Shown here: piece by piece, positions 1 through 12,329 of the stretch
How the letters are laid out: the number at the start of each line of letters is the position of its first letter
How positions within the stretch are numbered: position 1 is the stretch's first letter
NCBI RefSeq assembly: GCF_044704955.1
Contig: NC_091994.1
Location: forward strand, 1,736,001 to 1,800,000
Length of the DNA: 64,000 nucleotides
Reading direction: 5' to 3'
Source of the DNA: Pristiophorus japonicus
Lineage: Eukaryota
Notes under the pieces: generated by a model
Told to the model about the DNA's origin: nothing
Databases searched by the model: none
The model's input: the letters and a program-made list of their open reading frames with translations, nothing else
Program-made: the position numbers and the translations under genes

Positions 1-518
1 GGCAGGATATACTTGCTTTGGAGGCTGTTCAGAGAAGGTTCACTGGGTTGATTCTGGAGGTGAGGAGGTTGACTTACGAAGATAGGTTGAGTAGGTTGGG
101 CCTCTACTCATTGGAGTTCAAAAGAATGAGAGGTGATCTTATTGAAACTTATAAGATAATGAGGGGGCTCGACAAGGTGGATGCAGAGAGGATATTTCCA
201 CTCATGGGGGAAACTAGAACTAGGGGGCATAGTCTCAGAATAAGGGGCCGCCCATTTAAAACTGAGATGAGGAGAAATTTCTTCTCTCAGAGGGTTGTAA
301 ATCTGTGGAATTCTCTGCCCCAGAGAGCTGTGGAGGCTGGGTCATTGAATAAATTTAAGGCGGAGATCGACAGACTTTTGAGCGATAAGGGAGTAAAGGG
401 TTATGGGGAGCGGGCGGGGAAGTGGAGCTGAGCCCATGATCAGATCAGCCATGATCTTACTGAATGGCGGAGCAGGCTCGAGGGACCCAATGGCCGACTC
501 CTGATCCTATTTCTTATG
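1..518 (+). mobile_element. CR1-clade LINE 3' end (HER1-like tail)
   Basis: VQRRFT...GLYSLEF..RGDLIETYK...RTRGHSLRI...FFSQRVVNLWNSLP, followed by the conserved tail gatcagccatgatc...gaatggcggagcaggctcg...cctatttcttatg. Confidence 0.9.
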
Positions 519-563
519 TAACTCCACAATAGAATAATTTGGGTTGGAAATAATGGATGAACT

Positions 564-838
564 TTAAAGTCTCGTCCAAAAGACGGCACCTCCGACAGTG
601 CGGCGCTCCCTCAGCACTGCACTGGGAATGTCAGCCTGGATCTTTCTGCTCCAGTCTCTAGAGTGGGACCTGAACCCACCACCTTCTGACCCCGAGGCAA
701 GGGAGCTGCCCACTGGGCCCGGGCCGGCACTGGGCCCTCCTGGGCCGACACTGACACTGGGCCCGGGCTGGCACTGACACCGGGCCTGGGCCCTCCTGGG
801 CCGACACCGGGCTCGGGCCGACACGGGGCCCGGTGGCA
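564..838 (-). mobile_element. Deu-domain SINE 5' part with a GC-rich, tandemly reiterated head (711-838)
   Basis: tRNA-like head (cagtgggcagc...gtcagaagg...ggttcaggtcccactc) plus gagggagcgccgcactgtcggaggtgccgtc. Upstream are repeated gggcccagtg/gtcggccc motifs. Confidence 0.75.
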
Positions 839-939
839 GCACCAAGGCCTCCTCCATTTAATTCCGACCCAAGACATTTATTCAGTGGGAGGAATGTGGC
901 CGCAGCCTCCTGGGGACAATGGCCTTTTATGAAGAGACC

Positions 940-1240
940 GAACGCGGCGGGTGTTTGTGGGAGGCCCCGGCCCCGGGGCGGTGCTGAATTGCGGCTTTGG
1001 TTATAATGGTTAAATGGTTGGTTATATTGGTTATAATGGTTAAATGGTTGGTTAAAATGGTTATAATGGTTATAATGAATTGTTATAAAGAACCTTTCTG
1101 CACCTACCGCAGCTCTGCAGTCCCCGAGTGCCACACCCTTCACCTTCCTCCCGTTACCATGGCAGCGGCGAAGATTCGTTCCCCCTCCCGGCCCACAGAG
1201 AGGCGGACCGCTTTCCCCTGCGCACCTACTTCCGGCAATA
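940..1240 (-). promoter_or_regulatory. CpG-rich promoter / first-exon candidate of an unidentified gene transcribed leftwards
   Basis: CpG-dense unique sequence containing ETS CCGGAAGT (1235-1228), RFX X-box-like GTTACCATGGCAGC (1153-1166) and donor GCG|gtaggt at 1108/1107. Confidence 0.5.
998..1088. repeat. Simple repeat built from (TGGTTATAA)/(TGGTTAAA) units
   Basis: Directly visible; explains the HYNHFNQPFN and VIMVKWL pseudo-ORFs. Confidence 0.85.
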
Positions 1241-1456
1241 CAATCTTGTGGTTGATGGGTTGCTATTTGTCCCAGATGAGTGGGAGGGAGGGAGGGTTTG
1301 ATTGATTGGTCCCCAGCTCTCTGAATGCAGCTATTGTTCACACAGAGTGCCCTGGCTTTACCTCAACTCTCTGTTAATCAATGCATTCTTTTCTTTCTAT
1401 TTAAAAAAAATACAATTGTTGTACAGGAACGCTGCATCATAAAAAAAAATATACAC

Positions 1457-4427
1457 AAGAGTGACCATAATATGGTAGAATTCTTTATTAAGATGGAGAG
1501 TAACAGAGTTAATTCAGAGACTAGGGTCCTGAACTTAACAAAAGGTAACTTCGATAAAGGCTCTGTGCCTCAGTGTAAGGAGTATTCGGAATAATGTGGA
1601 CGAATTAACTGCGCGGATAGCAGTTAACGGATACGATGTAATTGGCATCACAGAGACATGGCTCCAGGGTGACCGAGGCTGGGAACTCAACATCCTGGGG
1701 TATTCAACATTCAGGAAGGATAGACAGAAAGGAAAAGGAGGTGGGGTGGGGTTAAAGAGGAAATTAACGCAATAGTAAGGAAGGACATTAGCTTGGAGGA
1801 TGTGGAATCGATATGGGTGGAGCGACGGAATACCAAAGGGCAGAAAACGCTAGTGGGAGTTGTGTACAAGCCACCAAACAGTAGTAGTGAGGTTGGGGGC
1901 AGCATCAAACAAGAAATTAGAGATGCGTGCAATAAAGGTACAGCAGTTATCATGGGCGACTTTAATCTACATATAGATTGGGCTAACCAAACTGGTGGCA
2001 ATGCGGTGGAGGAGGATTTCCTGGAGTGTATTAGGGATGGTTTTCTAGACCAATATGTCGAGGAACCAACTAGGGAGCTGGCCATCCTAGACTGAGTGAT
2101 GTGTAACGAGACAGGACTAATTAGCAATCTTGTTGTGCGAGGCCCTTTGGGGAAGAGTGACCATAATATGGTAGAATTCTTTATTAAGATGGAGAGTGAC
2201 ACAGTTAATTCAGAGACTAGGGTCCTGAACTTAAGGAAAGGTAACTCCAATGGTATGAGTCGTGAATTGGCTAGAATATACTGGCGAGTGATCCTTAAAG
2301 GGTTGACGGTGGATAGGCAATGGCAAACATTTAAAGATCACATGGATGAACTTCAACAATTGTACATCCCTGTCTGCAGTAAAAATAAAACGGGGAAGGT
2401 GGCTCAACCGTGGCTAACAAGGGAAATTAAGGATAGTGTTAAATGCAAGGAAGAGGTATATAAATTGGCCAGAAAAAGCAGAAAACCTGAGGACTGGGAG
2501 AATTTTGTAATACAGCAGAGGAGGACAAAGGGTTTAATTAGGAGGGGAAAAATAGAGTATGAGAGGAAGCTTGCTGGGAACATAAGAACTGACTTCACAT
2601 CTATAGAAACTTTTGCAGAGAAAAAGATTAGTGAAAATAAACGTAGGTCCCTTGCAGTCAGATTCAAGTGAATTTATAATGGGAAACAAAGAAATGGCAT
2701 ACCAATTGAGCAAATACTTTGGCTCTGTCTTCACGAAGGAAGACAAATAACCTTCTGGAAATACTAGGGGACCGAGGGTTTAGTGAGAAGGAGGAACTGA
2801 AGGAAATCCTTATTAGGTGAGAAATTGTGTTAGGGAAATTGATGGGATTGAAGGCCGATAAATCCCCGGGGCCTGATAGCCTGCATCCCAGAGTACTTAA
2901 GGAAGTAGCCCTAGAAATAGTGGATGCATTGGTGATCATTTTCCTACAGTCTATCGACTCTCGATCGGTTCCTATGGATTGGAGGGTAGCTAATGTAACC
3001 CCACTTTTTAAGAAAGGAGGGAAGAGAGAAAACGGGTAATTATAGACCGGTTAGCCTGACATCAGTAGTGGAGAAAATGTTGGAATGAATTATTAGAGAT
3101 GAAATAGCAGCGCATTTGGAAAGCAGTGACAGGATCGGTCCAAGTCAGCATGGATTTATGAAAGGGAAATCCTCCTTGACAAATCTTCCAGAATTTTTTG
3201 AGGATGTAACTAGTAGAGTGGACAAGGGAGAACAAGTGGATGTTGTGTATTTGGACTTTCAAAAGGCTTTTGACAAGGTCCCACACAAGAGATTGATGTG
3301 CAAAATTAAAGCACATGGTATTGAGGGTAATGTACTGACGTGGATAGAGAACTGGTTTGCAGACAGGAAGTAGAGAGTCGGGATAAACTGGTCCTTTTCA
3401 GAATGGCAGGCAGTGACTAGTGGAGTGCCGCAGGGCTCAGTGCTGGACCCCAGCTATTTACAATATACATTAATGATTTAGATGAGGGAATTGAGCGTAA
3501 TATCTCCAAGTTTGCAGATGACACTAAGCTGGGTGGCGGTGTGAGCTGTGAGGAGGACGCTAAAAGGCTGCAGGGTGACTTGGACAGGTTAGGTGAGTGG
3601 GCAAACGTGTGGCAGATGCAGTATAATGTGGATAAATGTGAGGTTATCCACTTTTGGTGGCAAAAACGCGAAGGCAGAATATTATCTGAATGGTGGCAGA
3701 TTAGGAAAAGGGGAGGTGCAACGAGACCTGGGTGTCATGGTTCATCAGTCATTGAAGGTTGGCATGCAGGTACAGCAGGCAGTGAAGGCGGCAAATGGTA
3801 TGTTGGCCTTCATAGCGAGAGGATTTGAGTATAGGAGCAGGGAGGTCTTACTGCAGTTGTACAGGGCCTTGGTGAGGCCTCACATGGAATATTGTGTATA
3901 GTTTTGGTCTCCTAATCTGAGGAAGGGCATTCTTGCTATTGAGGGAGTGCAGCGAAAGTTCACCAGACTGATTCCTGGGATTGTAGGACTGACATATGAG
4001 AAGAGACTGGATCAACTGGGCCTGTATTCACTGGAGTTTAGAAGGATGAGAGGGGATCCCATAGAAACATAAAATTCTGCATAGATACTGAAAGAATGTT
4101 TCCGATGTTGGGGAAGTCCAGAACCAGGGGACACAGTCCAAGGATAAGGGGTAAGCCATTTAGGACCGAGATGAGGAGAAACCTCTTCACTCAGAGAGTG
4201 GTGAACCTGTGGAATTTCCTGCCACAGAAAGTTGTTGATGCCAGTTCATTGGATATATTCAAGAGGGAGTTAGATATGGCCCTTACGGCTAAAGGGATCA
4301 AGGGGTATGGAGAGAAAGCGGGAAAGGGGTACTGAGGTGAATGATCAGCCATGATCTTATTGAATGGTGGTGCAGGCTCGAAGAGCCAAATGGCCGACTC
4401 CTGCACCTATTTTCTATGTTTCTATGT
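1457..4427 (+). mobile_element. Decayed CR1 LINE ORF2 (APE endonuclease plus RT) with 3' tail; duplicated internal piece at 1457-1555
   Basis: MGDFN, SDHNMVEF, KSPGPD, YLDFQKAFDKV, VPQGSVL and FADDTKL motifs, broken by stops and frameshifts; ends ctattttctatgtttctatgt. Confidence 0.92.
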
Positions 4428-4574
4428 AATGACTGGGAACGTTTGGCCTGGAGTTCGTTCTCTGTGCCTTTATCGGATGTGGCCAACATTCCCTTGGTTA
4501 GCTCCCAACAGCCGGGTTGTACAGCTCTTTCTTTTATAACTGGCAGTTTCTTACAGCCCTCCACCTTTTGTAAA

Positions 4575-4985
4575 TCTCAAATCATCCAAAACTCTGCAGC
4601 CAGTTTCCTATTCTGCCCCCCACCCCCCCCCCCCAACATCCTGGTGATTAAATCCCTTCGTAGCCTCGCCCCCTCAAATCACTCTCTGTAACCCCCTCCA
4701 GCCCTTCACCCCCCCCCCCCCCCAAACTCTGTCCCTCTGACCTGAGCTCTCTCTGCTTTCCCATCTCGTTCCGCCTCTCCATCGGCGGCCGTGCCTTCAC
4801 CCATTTAGCCCCTTATTCTGGAATTCCCTCCTAAATCATCCCCACTCTCTACATGTCTCTCCATCTTTAAGACGCTCCTTAAAACCTAGCGCTTTGACCA
4901 AGCTTTTGGTCACCTATCCTAATTTCTCGCTCACTGGCGCTATCCATGTTTGTCTGATAATGCTCCTGTGAAACACCTTGGCACT
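4575..4985 (+). mobile_element. Old L2-clade LINE 3' fragment
   Basis: ccatcggcggccgtgccttc...ctggaattccctc...tttaagacgctccttaaaacc...tttgaccaagctttt; the same block recurs at 16.5k, 24.2k, 34.5k and 45.8k. Confidence 0.7.
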
Positions 4986-5214
4986 GTTTGCTGTATCATT
5001 GCACGCTGTTGCCATTGCTGTTGTCTGCTGGGGAATGACGTGCAGCCAGTGTGCTGAATGTAAGGTCGATAGGAAACAGATCGCCTCCCTGCTGCTGGGC
5101 TGAAACACCGGGAAATGCAGCGCAAAACCAAGTGGACCGAGAGCTGCAAATCCAATTAAAAAAATATATTGTTTCTAAAAGTGTTTGTGTGCGTGTGTGT
5201 ATCTGTGCACGTGT

Positions 5215-5439
5215 NNNNNNNNNNNNNNNNNNNNNNNNNNNNNNNNNNNNNNNNNNNNNNNNNNNNNNNNNNNNNNNNNNNNNNNNNNNNNNNNNNNNNN
5301 NNNNNNNNNNNNNNNNNNNNNNNNNNNNNNNNNNNNNNNNNNNNNNNNNNNNNNNNNNNNNNNNNNNNNNNNNNNNNNNNNNNNNNNNNNNNNNNNNNNN
5401 NNNNNNNNNNNNNNNNNNNNNNNNNNNNNNNNNNNNNNN
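5215..5439. other. Assembly gap (225 N) flanked by GT-rich repeat
   Basis: Run of N in the sequence. Confidence 0.99.
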
Positions 5440-5552
5440 GATCGATGTGTGAGAGTGAGGGAATCTGTGCGGATACTTGGTGAGGACAAGGTTAAGTTTA
5501 GGCTGTGACGCCCCCCATGGTCGATCACGCTGATCATGAATAATTAGGGGAG

Positions 5553-5745
5553 TAGTGCGTATGCAATAACTCAATAGGCTTAGTACCGTGAACTCAATCA
5601 GGTGCGACCTGACTCTACTTTATTAGCTCACAAAGTGAGGATTAAACATGGAGGCTTTCTTTATATACAAGGGCTGCACATGTGTGTCTGTGGCCCAATG
5701 ACCTTGGACGGTCACTCCCCCTGGTGGCAGCATACATACATTACA
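5553..5745 (-). mobile_element. Solo-LTR-like insertion (193 bp) with 5-bp TSD GGGAG
   Basis: GGGAG flanks at 5548-5552 and 5746-5750. The minus strand begins TGTAATG, then carries TATATAAA (5667-5660) followed by AATAAA (5624-5619). Confidence 0.55.
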
Positions 5746-5939
5746 GGGAGGTACCAGAGGGATGTTGGAGCCTGCTCAGCTCCACCCCACGCAAATATTG
5801 GTGCCGTCGGGAGAGGGGATGAAGAAGGGGAGTCAACTGAAAAGAGCAAGTTATGTCAAAAGAAGCAAGAATCAAAAGGAGGGATGAGATGAGAGCCAAG
5901 GGCTCACCACCGTCCCTCGACAGCCACTACATGCAAAAC

Positions 5940-6680
5940 AAGAATCTAAATGGGGTGGAGGAGCAAAGGGATCTCGGATACAAATATGTAAATCACTAAA
6001 AGTTGCGACACAGGTCAGCAAGGCCGTAAAAAAGCAAACCAAGAACTAGGATTTATTTCCAGAGGGATAAAATCGAAAAGCAGAGAAGTTATGTTAAACC
6101 TGTATCGAACCTCGGTTAGACCGCACGTGGAGCACTGTGTACAGTTCTGGTCGCCATATTATAAAAAGGATATGGAGGCACTGGAGAGGGTGCAGAGGAG
6201 GTTTACAAGGATGATACCAGAAATGCGAGGGTATACATATCAGGAAAGGATGAACAGGCTGGGTCTCTTTTTTCTTGCAAAAAGGCGGCTGAGGGGTGAC
6301 CTGATAGAGGTTCTTTAAAATGATGAAAGGTTTTGATCGAGTGGATAGAGAGAGAGAATGTTTCCACTTGTGGGGAAGAGTATAACTAGAGGCCATCAAT
6401 ATAAAAGATAGTCACCAGTAAATCCAATGGGGAATTCAGGAGAAACTTCTTTACCCAGAGAGCGGTGAGAATGTGGAACTCGCTGCCACAGGGAGGGGTC
6501 GAGGTGAATAGTATCGATGCATTTAAGGGGAGGCTGGATAAACACATGGGGGAGAAGGGAATAGAGGGTTATGCCGATAGAGTTAGATGAGGAAAGACGG
6601 GAGGAGGCTCGAGTGGAGCATAAACGCTGGCATGGACTGGTTGGGCCGAATGGCCTGTTTCTGTGCCGTATATCCGATGT
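5940..6680 (+). mobile_element. CR1 LINE 3' fragment (second subfamily)
   Basis: LYRTSVRPHVEHCVQFWSP...LERVQRRFTRM...RGDLIEV; related copies at 15372-15712 (+) and 19290-19845 (-). Confidence 0.88.
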
Positions 6681-6899
6681 TAGCAGTTGCTGTGTCAAAC
6701 TGCACAGCTGAGGGAAACTGGGAATGAAGGCTGGCGAAGGACAATAACACAAGCCACTGGGCGAGAAACCCTCTTAAGGATTAGGTCTTCTTACTCATAA
6801 GTTTCTCAAAGAGCAGGGTTCAAAAGCATTTATTGGCAATCATAGGAATTAAGCATACAACATCGATTATTAACAATAATTACACATCTAATTCTTAGT

Positions 6900-8100
6900 T
6901 TTTTTTTACTAGTTCCTGGGATGTGGGCGTCGCTGGCAAGGCCGACATTTATTGCCCATCCCTAATTGCCCCTTGAGAACCTTCTTGAACCGCTGCAGTC
7001 CGTGTGGTGAAGGTGCTCCCACAGTGCTGTTAGGGAGGGAGTTCCAGGATTGTGACCCAGCGACGATGAAGGAACGGCCGATATATTTCCAAGTCGGGAT
7101 GGTGTGTGACTGGGAGGGGAACGTGGAGGTGGTGGTGTTCCCATGCGCCTGCTGCCCTTGTCCTTCTAGATGGTAGAGGTCGCGGGTTTGGGAGGTGCTG
7201 CCGAAGAAGCCTTGGCGAGTTGCTGCAGTGCATCTTGTAGATGGTACACACTGCAGCCACGGTGCGCCGGTGGTGGAGGGAGTGAGTGTTGAGGGTGGTG
7301 GAGGGAGTGAGTGTTGAAGGTGGGGGATGGGGGGCCGATCAAGCGGCTGCTTTGTCCTGGATGGTGTCGAGCTTCTAGAGTGTTGGAGCTGCAACTCATC
7401 CAGGCAAGTGGGGAGTGTTCCATCACACTCCTGACTTGTGTCTTATAGATGGTAGAAAGGCTTTGGGGAGTCAGGAGGTGAGACACTTGCCGCAGAATAC
7501 CCAGCCTCTGACCCGCTCTTGTAGCCACAGTATTTATGTGGCTAGACCAGTTAAGTTCTTGATCAACAGTGACCCCCAGGATGTTGATGGCGGGGGATTC
7601 GGCGATGGTAATGCCGATGAATATCAAGGGGCGGTGGTTAGACTCTCGCTTGTTGGAGATGGTCATTGCCTGGCACTTGTGTGGCACGAATGTTATTCGC
7701 CACTTCTCAGCCCAAGCCTGAATGTTGTCCAGGTCTTGCTGCATGTGGGCACGGACTGCTCCATTATCTGAGGAGTTGTGAATGGAACTGCACACTGTGC
7801 AGTCATCAGTGAACATCCCCACTTCTGACCTTATGATGGAGGGAAGGTCATTGATGAAGCAGCTGAAGATGGTTGGGCCTAGGACACTGCCCTGAGGAAC
7901 TCCTGCAGCGATGTCCTGGGGCTGTGAGGATTGGCCTCTAACAACCACAATCATCTTCCTTTGTGCTGGGTATGACTCCAGCCAGTGGAGAGTTTGCCCC
8001 GATTCCCATTGACCAGTTTTACTCGGGCTCCTTGGTGCCTCACTCGGTCAAATGCTGCCTTAATATCGAGAGCAGTCACTCTCCCCTCTGGAATTCAGCT
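6900..8100 (-). mobile_element. Non-LTR retrotransposon (CR1/L2 group, distinct family): RT 3' part with A-rich tail
   Basis: [21 protein letters not shown]...MFTDD...WNSLP; tail gggcaataaatg...cgcccacatcccaggaactagt(A)n. Shorter copies at ~16240-16335 and ~55725-56015. Confidence 0.85.
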
Positions 8101-8109
8101 CTTTTGTCC

Positions 8110-9765
8110 ATAGAGTCCTGGAAATTTACAGCACGGAAGGTAGCCATTTCGGCCCATCATGTCCGTGCCGGCCGACAAAGAGCTACCCAACTTTCCAGCT
8201 CTGGGTCCGTAGCCCTGCAGGTTACGACACTTCAGGTGCACATCCAAGTAATTTTTAAATGCGATCAGGGTTTCTGCCTCTACCACCCTTTCAGGCCGTG
8301 AGTTCCAGACCCCCACCACCCTCTGGGTGGAAAAAGTTCCCTCAAATCCCTTCTGCCAATTACTTTAAATCTATGCCCCCTGGTTATTGACCCCTCTGAT
8401 AAGGGAAATAGGTCCTTCCTATCCACTCTATCTGGACCCCTCATTATTTTGTACATCTCAATAAGGTCTCCCCTCAGCCTCCTCTTTCCAAAGAAAACAA
8501 ACCCAGCCTATCCAATCTTTTCTCATCGCTAAAATTCTCCAGTCCAGGCAACATTCTCATAAATCTCCTCTGTACCCTCTCCAGTGCAATCACATCTTTC
8601 CTGTAATGCGGTGACCAGAACTGCACGCAGTACTCTAGCTGTGGCTTAACTAGTGTTTTATACAGTTCAAGCATAACCTCCCTGCTCTTGTATTCCATGC
8701 CTCGGCTAATAAAGGAAAGTATTCCATATGTCGCCTTAACCACCTTATCCACCTGGCCTGCAACCTTCAGGGATCTGTGGACCTGCACTCCCAGGTCCCT
8801 TTGTTCCTCTACACTTCAGTGTCCTACCATTTAATGTGTATTCCCTTGTCTTGTTAGCCCTCCCCAAATGCATTACCTCACACTTCTCCGGATTGAATTC
8901 CATTGACCATTGTTCTGCCCACCTGACCAGTTCATCGATATCTTCCTGCAGTCTGCAGCTTTCTTTTTTATCAACCACACAGCCGATTTTAGTATCATCT
9001 GCAAACTTCTTAATCATACCCGCAACATTCAGTCTAAATCATTGACATATACCACAAAAAGCAAGGGACCCAGCACTGAGTCCTGTGGAACCCCACTGGA
9101 AACAGCCTTCCAGTCACAAAACACCAACAACCATTACCCTTTGCTTCCTGCCTCTGAACCAATTTTGGATCCCACTTGCCACTTTGCCCTGGATCCCATG
9201 GGCTTTTACTTTTGTGACCAGTCTGCCATGTGGGACCTTATCAAAAGCCTTGCTAAAATCCATATACATCAAACGTACTGCCCTCAACGACCCTCAAAAA
9301 ATTCAATCAAGTTAGTCAGACACGACCTTCCCTTAACAAATCCATGCTGACTGTCCTTGATTAATCCATGTCTTCCGAAATGAAGATTTATCCTGTCCCT
9401 CAGGGTTATTTCCAATAATTTCCCCACCACCGAGGTTAGGCTGACTGGTCTGTAATTACTCGGTCTATCCGTTTCTCCCTTTTTAAAGGTACAACATTAG
9501 CAATCCTCCAGCATCACCCCTATAGCCAGAGCGGATTGGAAAATGATGGTCAGAGCCTCTGCTATTTCCCCTTTTGCTTCACTTAACAGCCTGGGATACA
9601 TTACATCCAGGCCTGCAGATTTATCCACTTTCAAAGCTGCTAACCTCTTAAATACTTCCTCTCTCACTATGTTTATTTCATCTAATATTTCACACTCCTC
9701 CTCACTCACTGCAATGTCTGTACCGCCCCTCTCTTTTGTGAAAATAGATGCAAAGTATTCATTAA
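8110..9765 (-). mobile_element. CR1 LINE RT fragment (third subfamily)
   Basis: LNEYFASIF, KFADDTKIG, LEYCVQFWSP and VWNSRPE motifs on minus. Confidence 0.88.
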
Positions 9766-11480
9766 GAATGGCAGACATATTGAACAAATACTTTTGTTCT
9801 GTCTTCACGAAGGAAGGCACAAATAACCTTCCGGAAATACCAGGGGACCGAGGGTCTAGCGAGAAGGAGGAACTGAAGGAAATCCTTATTAGTCAGGAAA
9901 TTGTGTTAGGGAAATTGATGGGATTGAAGGCCGATAAATCCCCAGGGCCTGATAGGCTGCATCCCAGAGTACTTAAGGAAGTGGCCCTAGAAATAGTGGA
10001 TGTATTGGTGGTCATTTTCCAACATTCCATGGACTCTGGATCAGTTCCTATGGATTGGATGGTAGCTAATGTAATTCCACTTTTTAAAAAAGGAGGGAGA
10101 AAGAAAGCAGGGAATTATAGACTGGTTAGCCTGACATTGGTAGTAGGGAAAATGTTGGAATCAACTATTAAAGATGTAATAGCAGCACATTTGGAAAGCA
10201 GTGACAGGATCGGTCCAAGTCAGCATGGATTTATGAAAGGGAAATCATGCTGGACAAATCTTCTAGAATTCTTTGAGGTTGTAACGAGTAGAATGGACAA
10301 GGGAGAACCAGTGGATGTGGTGTATTTGGACTTTCAAAAGGCTTTTGACAAGGTCCCACACAAGAGATTGGTCTGCAAAATTAAAGCACATGGTATTGGG
10401 GTAATGTACTGACGTAGATAAGAGAACTGGTTGGCAGACAGGAAGCAGAGAGTCATGATAAATGGGTCGTTTTCTGAATGGCAGGCAGTGACTAGTGAGG
10501 TACAGCAGGGCTTAGTGCTGGGACCCCAGCTATTTACAATATACATTAATGATTTAGATGAAGGAATTGAATGTAATATCTCCAAGTTTGCAGATGACAC
10601 TAAGCTGGGTGGCGGTGTGAGCTGTGAGGAGGATGCTGAGAGGCTGCAGGGTGACTTGGACAGGTTAGGTGAGTGGACAAATGCATGGCAGATGCAGTAT
10701 AATGTGGATAAATGTGAGGTTATCCACTTTGATGGCAAAAACAGGAAGGCAGAATATTATCTGAATGGTGACAGATTAGGAAAAGGGGAGGTGCAGCGAG
10801 ACCTGGATGTCATGGTACATCAGTCATTGAAAGTTGGCATGCAGGTACAGCAGGCGGTGAAGGCGGCAAATGGCATGTTGTTTTTCATAGCAAGGGGATT
10901 TGAGTACAGGGGCAGGGAGATCTTACTGCAGTTGTACAGGGCCTTGGTGAGGCCTCACCTTGAATATTGTGTTCAGTTTTGGTCTCCTAATCTGAGGAAG
11001 GACATTCTTGCTATTGAGGGAGTGCAGCGAAGGTTCACCAGACTGATTCCCAGGATGGCAGGACTGACATATGAAGAAAGACTGGATCGACTAGGCTTAT
11101 ATTCACTGGAATTTAGAAGAATAAGCGGGGTCCTCATAGAAACATAAAATTCTGATGGGACTGGACAGGTTAGATGCAGGTAGAATGTTCCCGATGTTGG
11201 TGAAGTCCAGAACCAGGGGTCACAGTCTAAGGATAAGGGGTAAGCCATTTAGGACCAAGATAAGGAGAAACTTCTTCACTCAGAGAATTGTGAACCTGTG
11301 GAATTCTCTACCACAGAAAGTTGTTGAGGCCAGTTCATTAGATATATTCAAAAGGGAGTTAGATGTGGCCCTTACAGATAAAGGGATCAAGGGGTATGGA
11401 GAGAAAGCAGGAATGGGGTACTGAAGTTGCATGATCAGCCATGATCACATTGAATGGTGGTGCAGGCTCGAAAGGCCGAA
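9766..11480 (+). mobile_element. CR1 LINE RT fragment, 5'-truncated
   Basis: LNKYFCSVF through YLDFQKAFD and FADDTKL to the 3' tail, which is cut at ...gaaaggccgaa. Confidence 0.92.
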
Positions 11481-12040
11481 CGTTTCTATGAGATCCCCTC
11501 TCATTCTTCTGAACTCCAGTGAATACAAGCCCAGTTGATCCAGTCTTTCTTGATATGTCAGTCCCACCATCCCGGGAATCAGTCTGCTGAACCTTCGCTG
11601 CACTCCCTCAATAGCAAGAATGTCCTTCCTCAAGTTCGGAGACCAAAACTGTATACAATACTCCAGGTGTGGCCTCACCAAGGTCCTGTACAACTGTAGT
11701 AACACCTCCCTGCCCCTGTACTCAAATCCCCTCGCTATGAAGGCCAACATGCCATTTGCCTTCTTCACCGCCTGCTGTACCTGCATGCCAACCTTCAATG
11801 ACTGATGTACCATGACACCCAGGTCTCGTTGCACCTCCCCTTTTCCTAATCTGTCACCATTCAGATAATAGTCTGTCGCTTTGTTTTTACCACCAAAGTG
11901 GATAACCTCACATTTATCCACATTATACTTCATCTGCCATGCATTTGCCCACTCACCTAACCTATCCAAGTCACTCTGCAGCCTCATAGCATCCTCCTCG
12001 CAGCTCACACTGCCACCCAACTTAGTATCATCCGCAAATT
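11481..12040 (-). mobile_element. CR1 RT fragment inverted against the preceding copy
   Basis: FADDTKLGG...RGDLIET on minus, same subfamily as 10585-11145. Confidence 0.9.
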
Positions 12041-12329
12041 TACCGTTCCCTACGTGAGAACATCACCCTATTCAATAACTTCCGTTTTAATGAGAATCAC
12101 TCCCCGCACTTTATCGCGGCTTCAACTTGACTGAGCTGTCAATCAAATCGTTCGACTGGAGACAGTTACAGGGAGACTAAGGCACAAAGGCTGCCTGCGA
12201 AATGGACGTGGCCATTTGCCCATATTCCATTCGAAACGTTCACGGGGTAAGTTAACGTCCCAGCTATTGAAATTATAACTTCTCCAATTGATGGTCGATG
12301 TATCCTGAGACCATTACTTAGAAGACCGA

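Noticed and set aside
1159-1305. Plus-strand MAAAKIRSPS... resembling the NDUFA13 N-terminus
   Set aside because: Similarity stops after about 5 residues (no KQDMPP), and the orientation is opposite to that expected from synteny.
4996-5574. ORFs spanning the N-run
   Set aside because: Artefacts of the assembly gap.
9543-11147. Long reverse transcriptase ORFs (also 25959-26945 and 7166-7954) as a retron/DGR-like or domesticated system
   Set aside because: They are ordinary truncated CR1-group LINE fragments with frameshifts and standard 3' tails.
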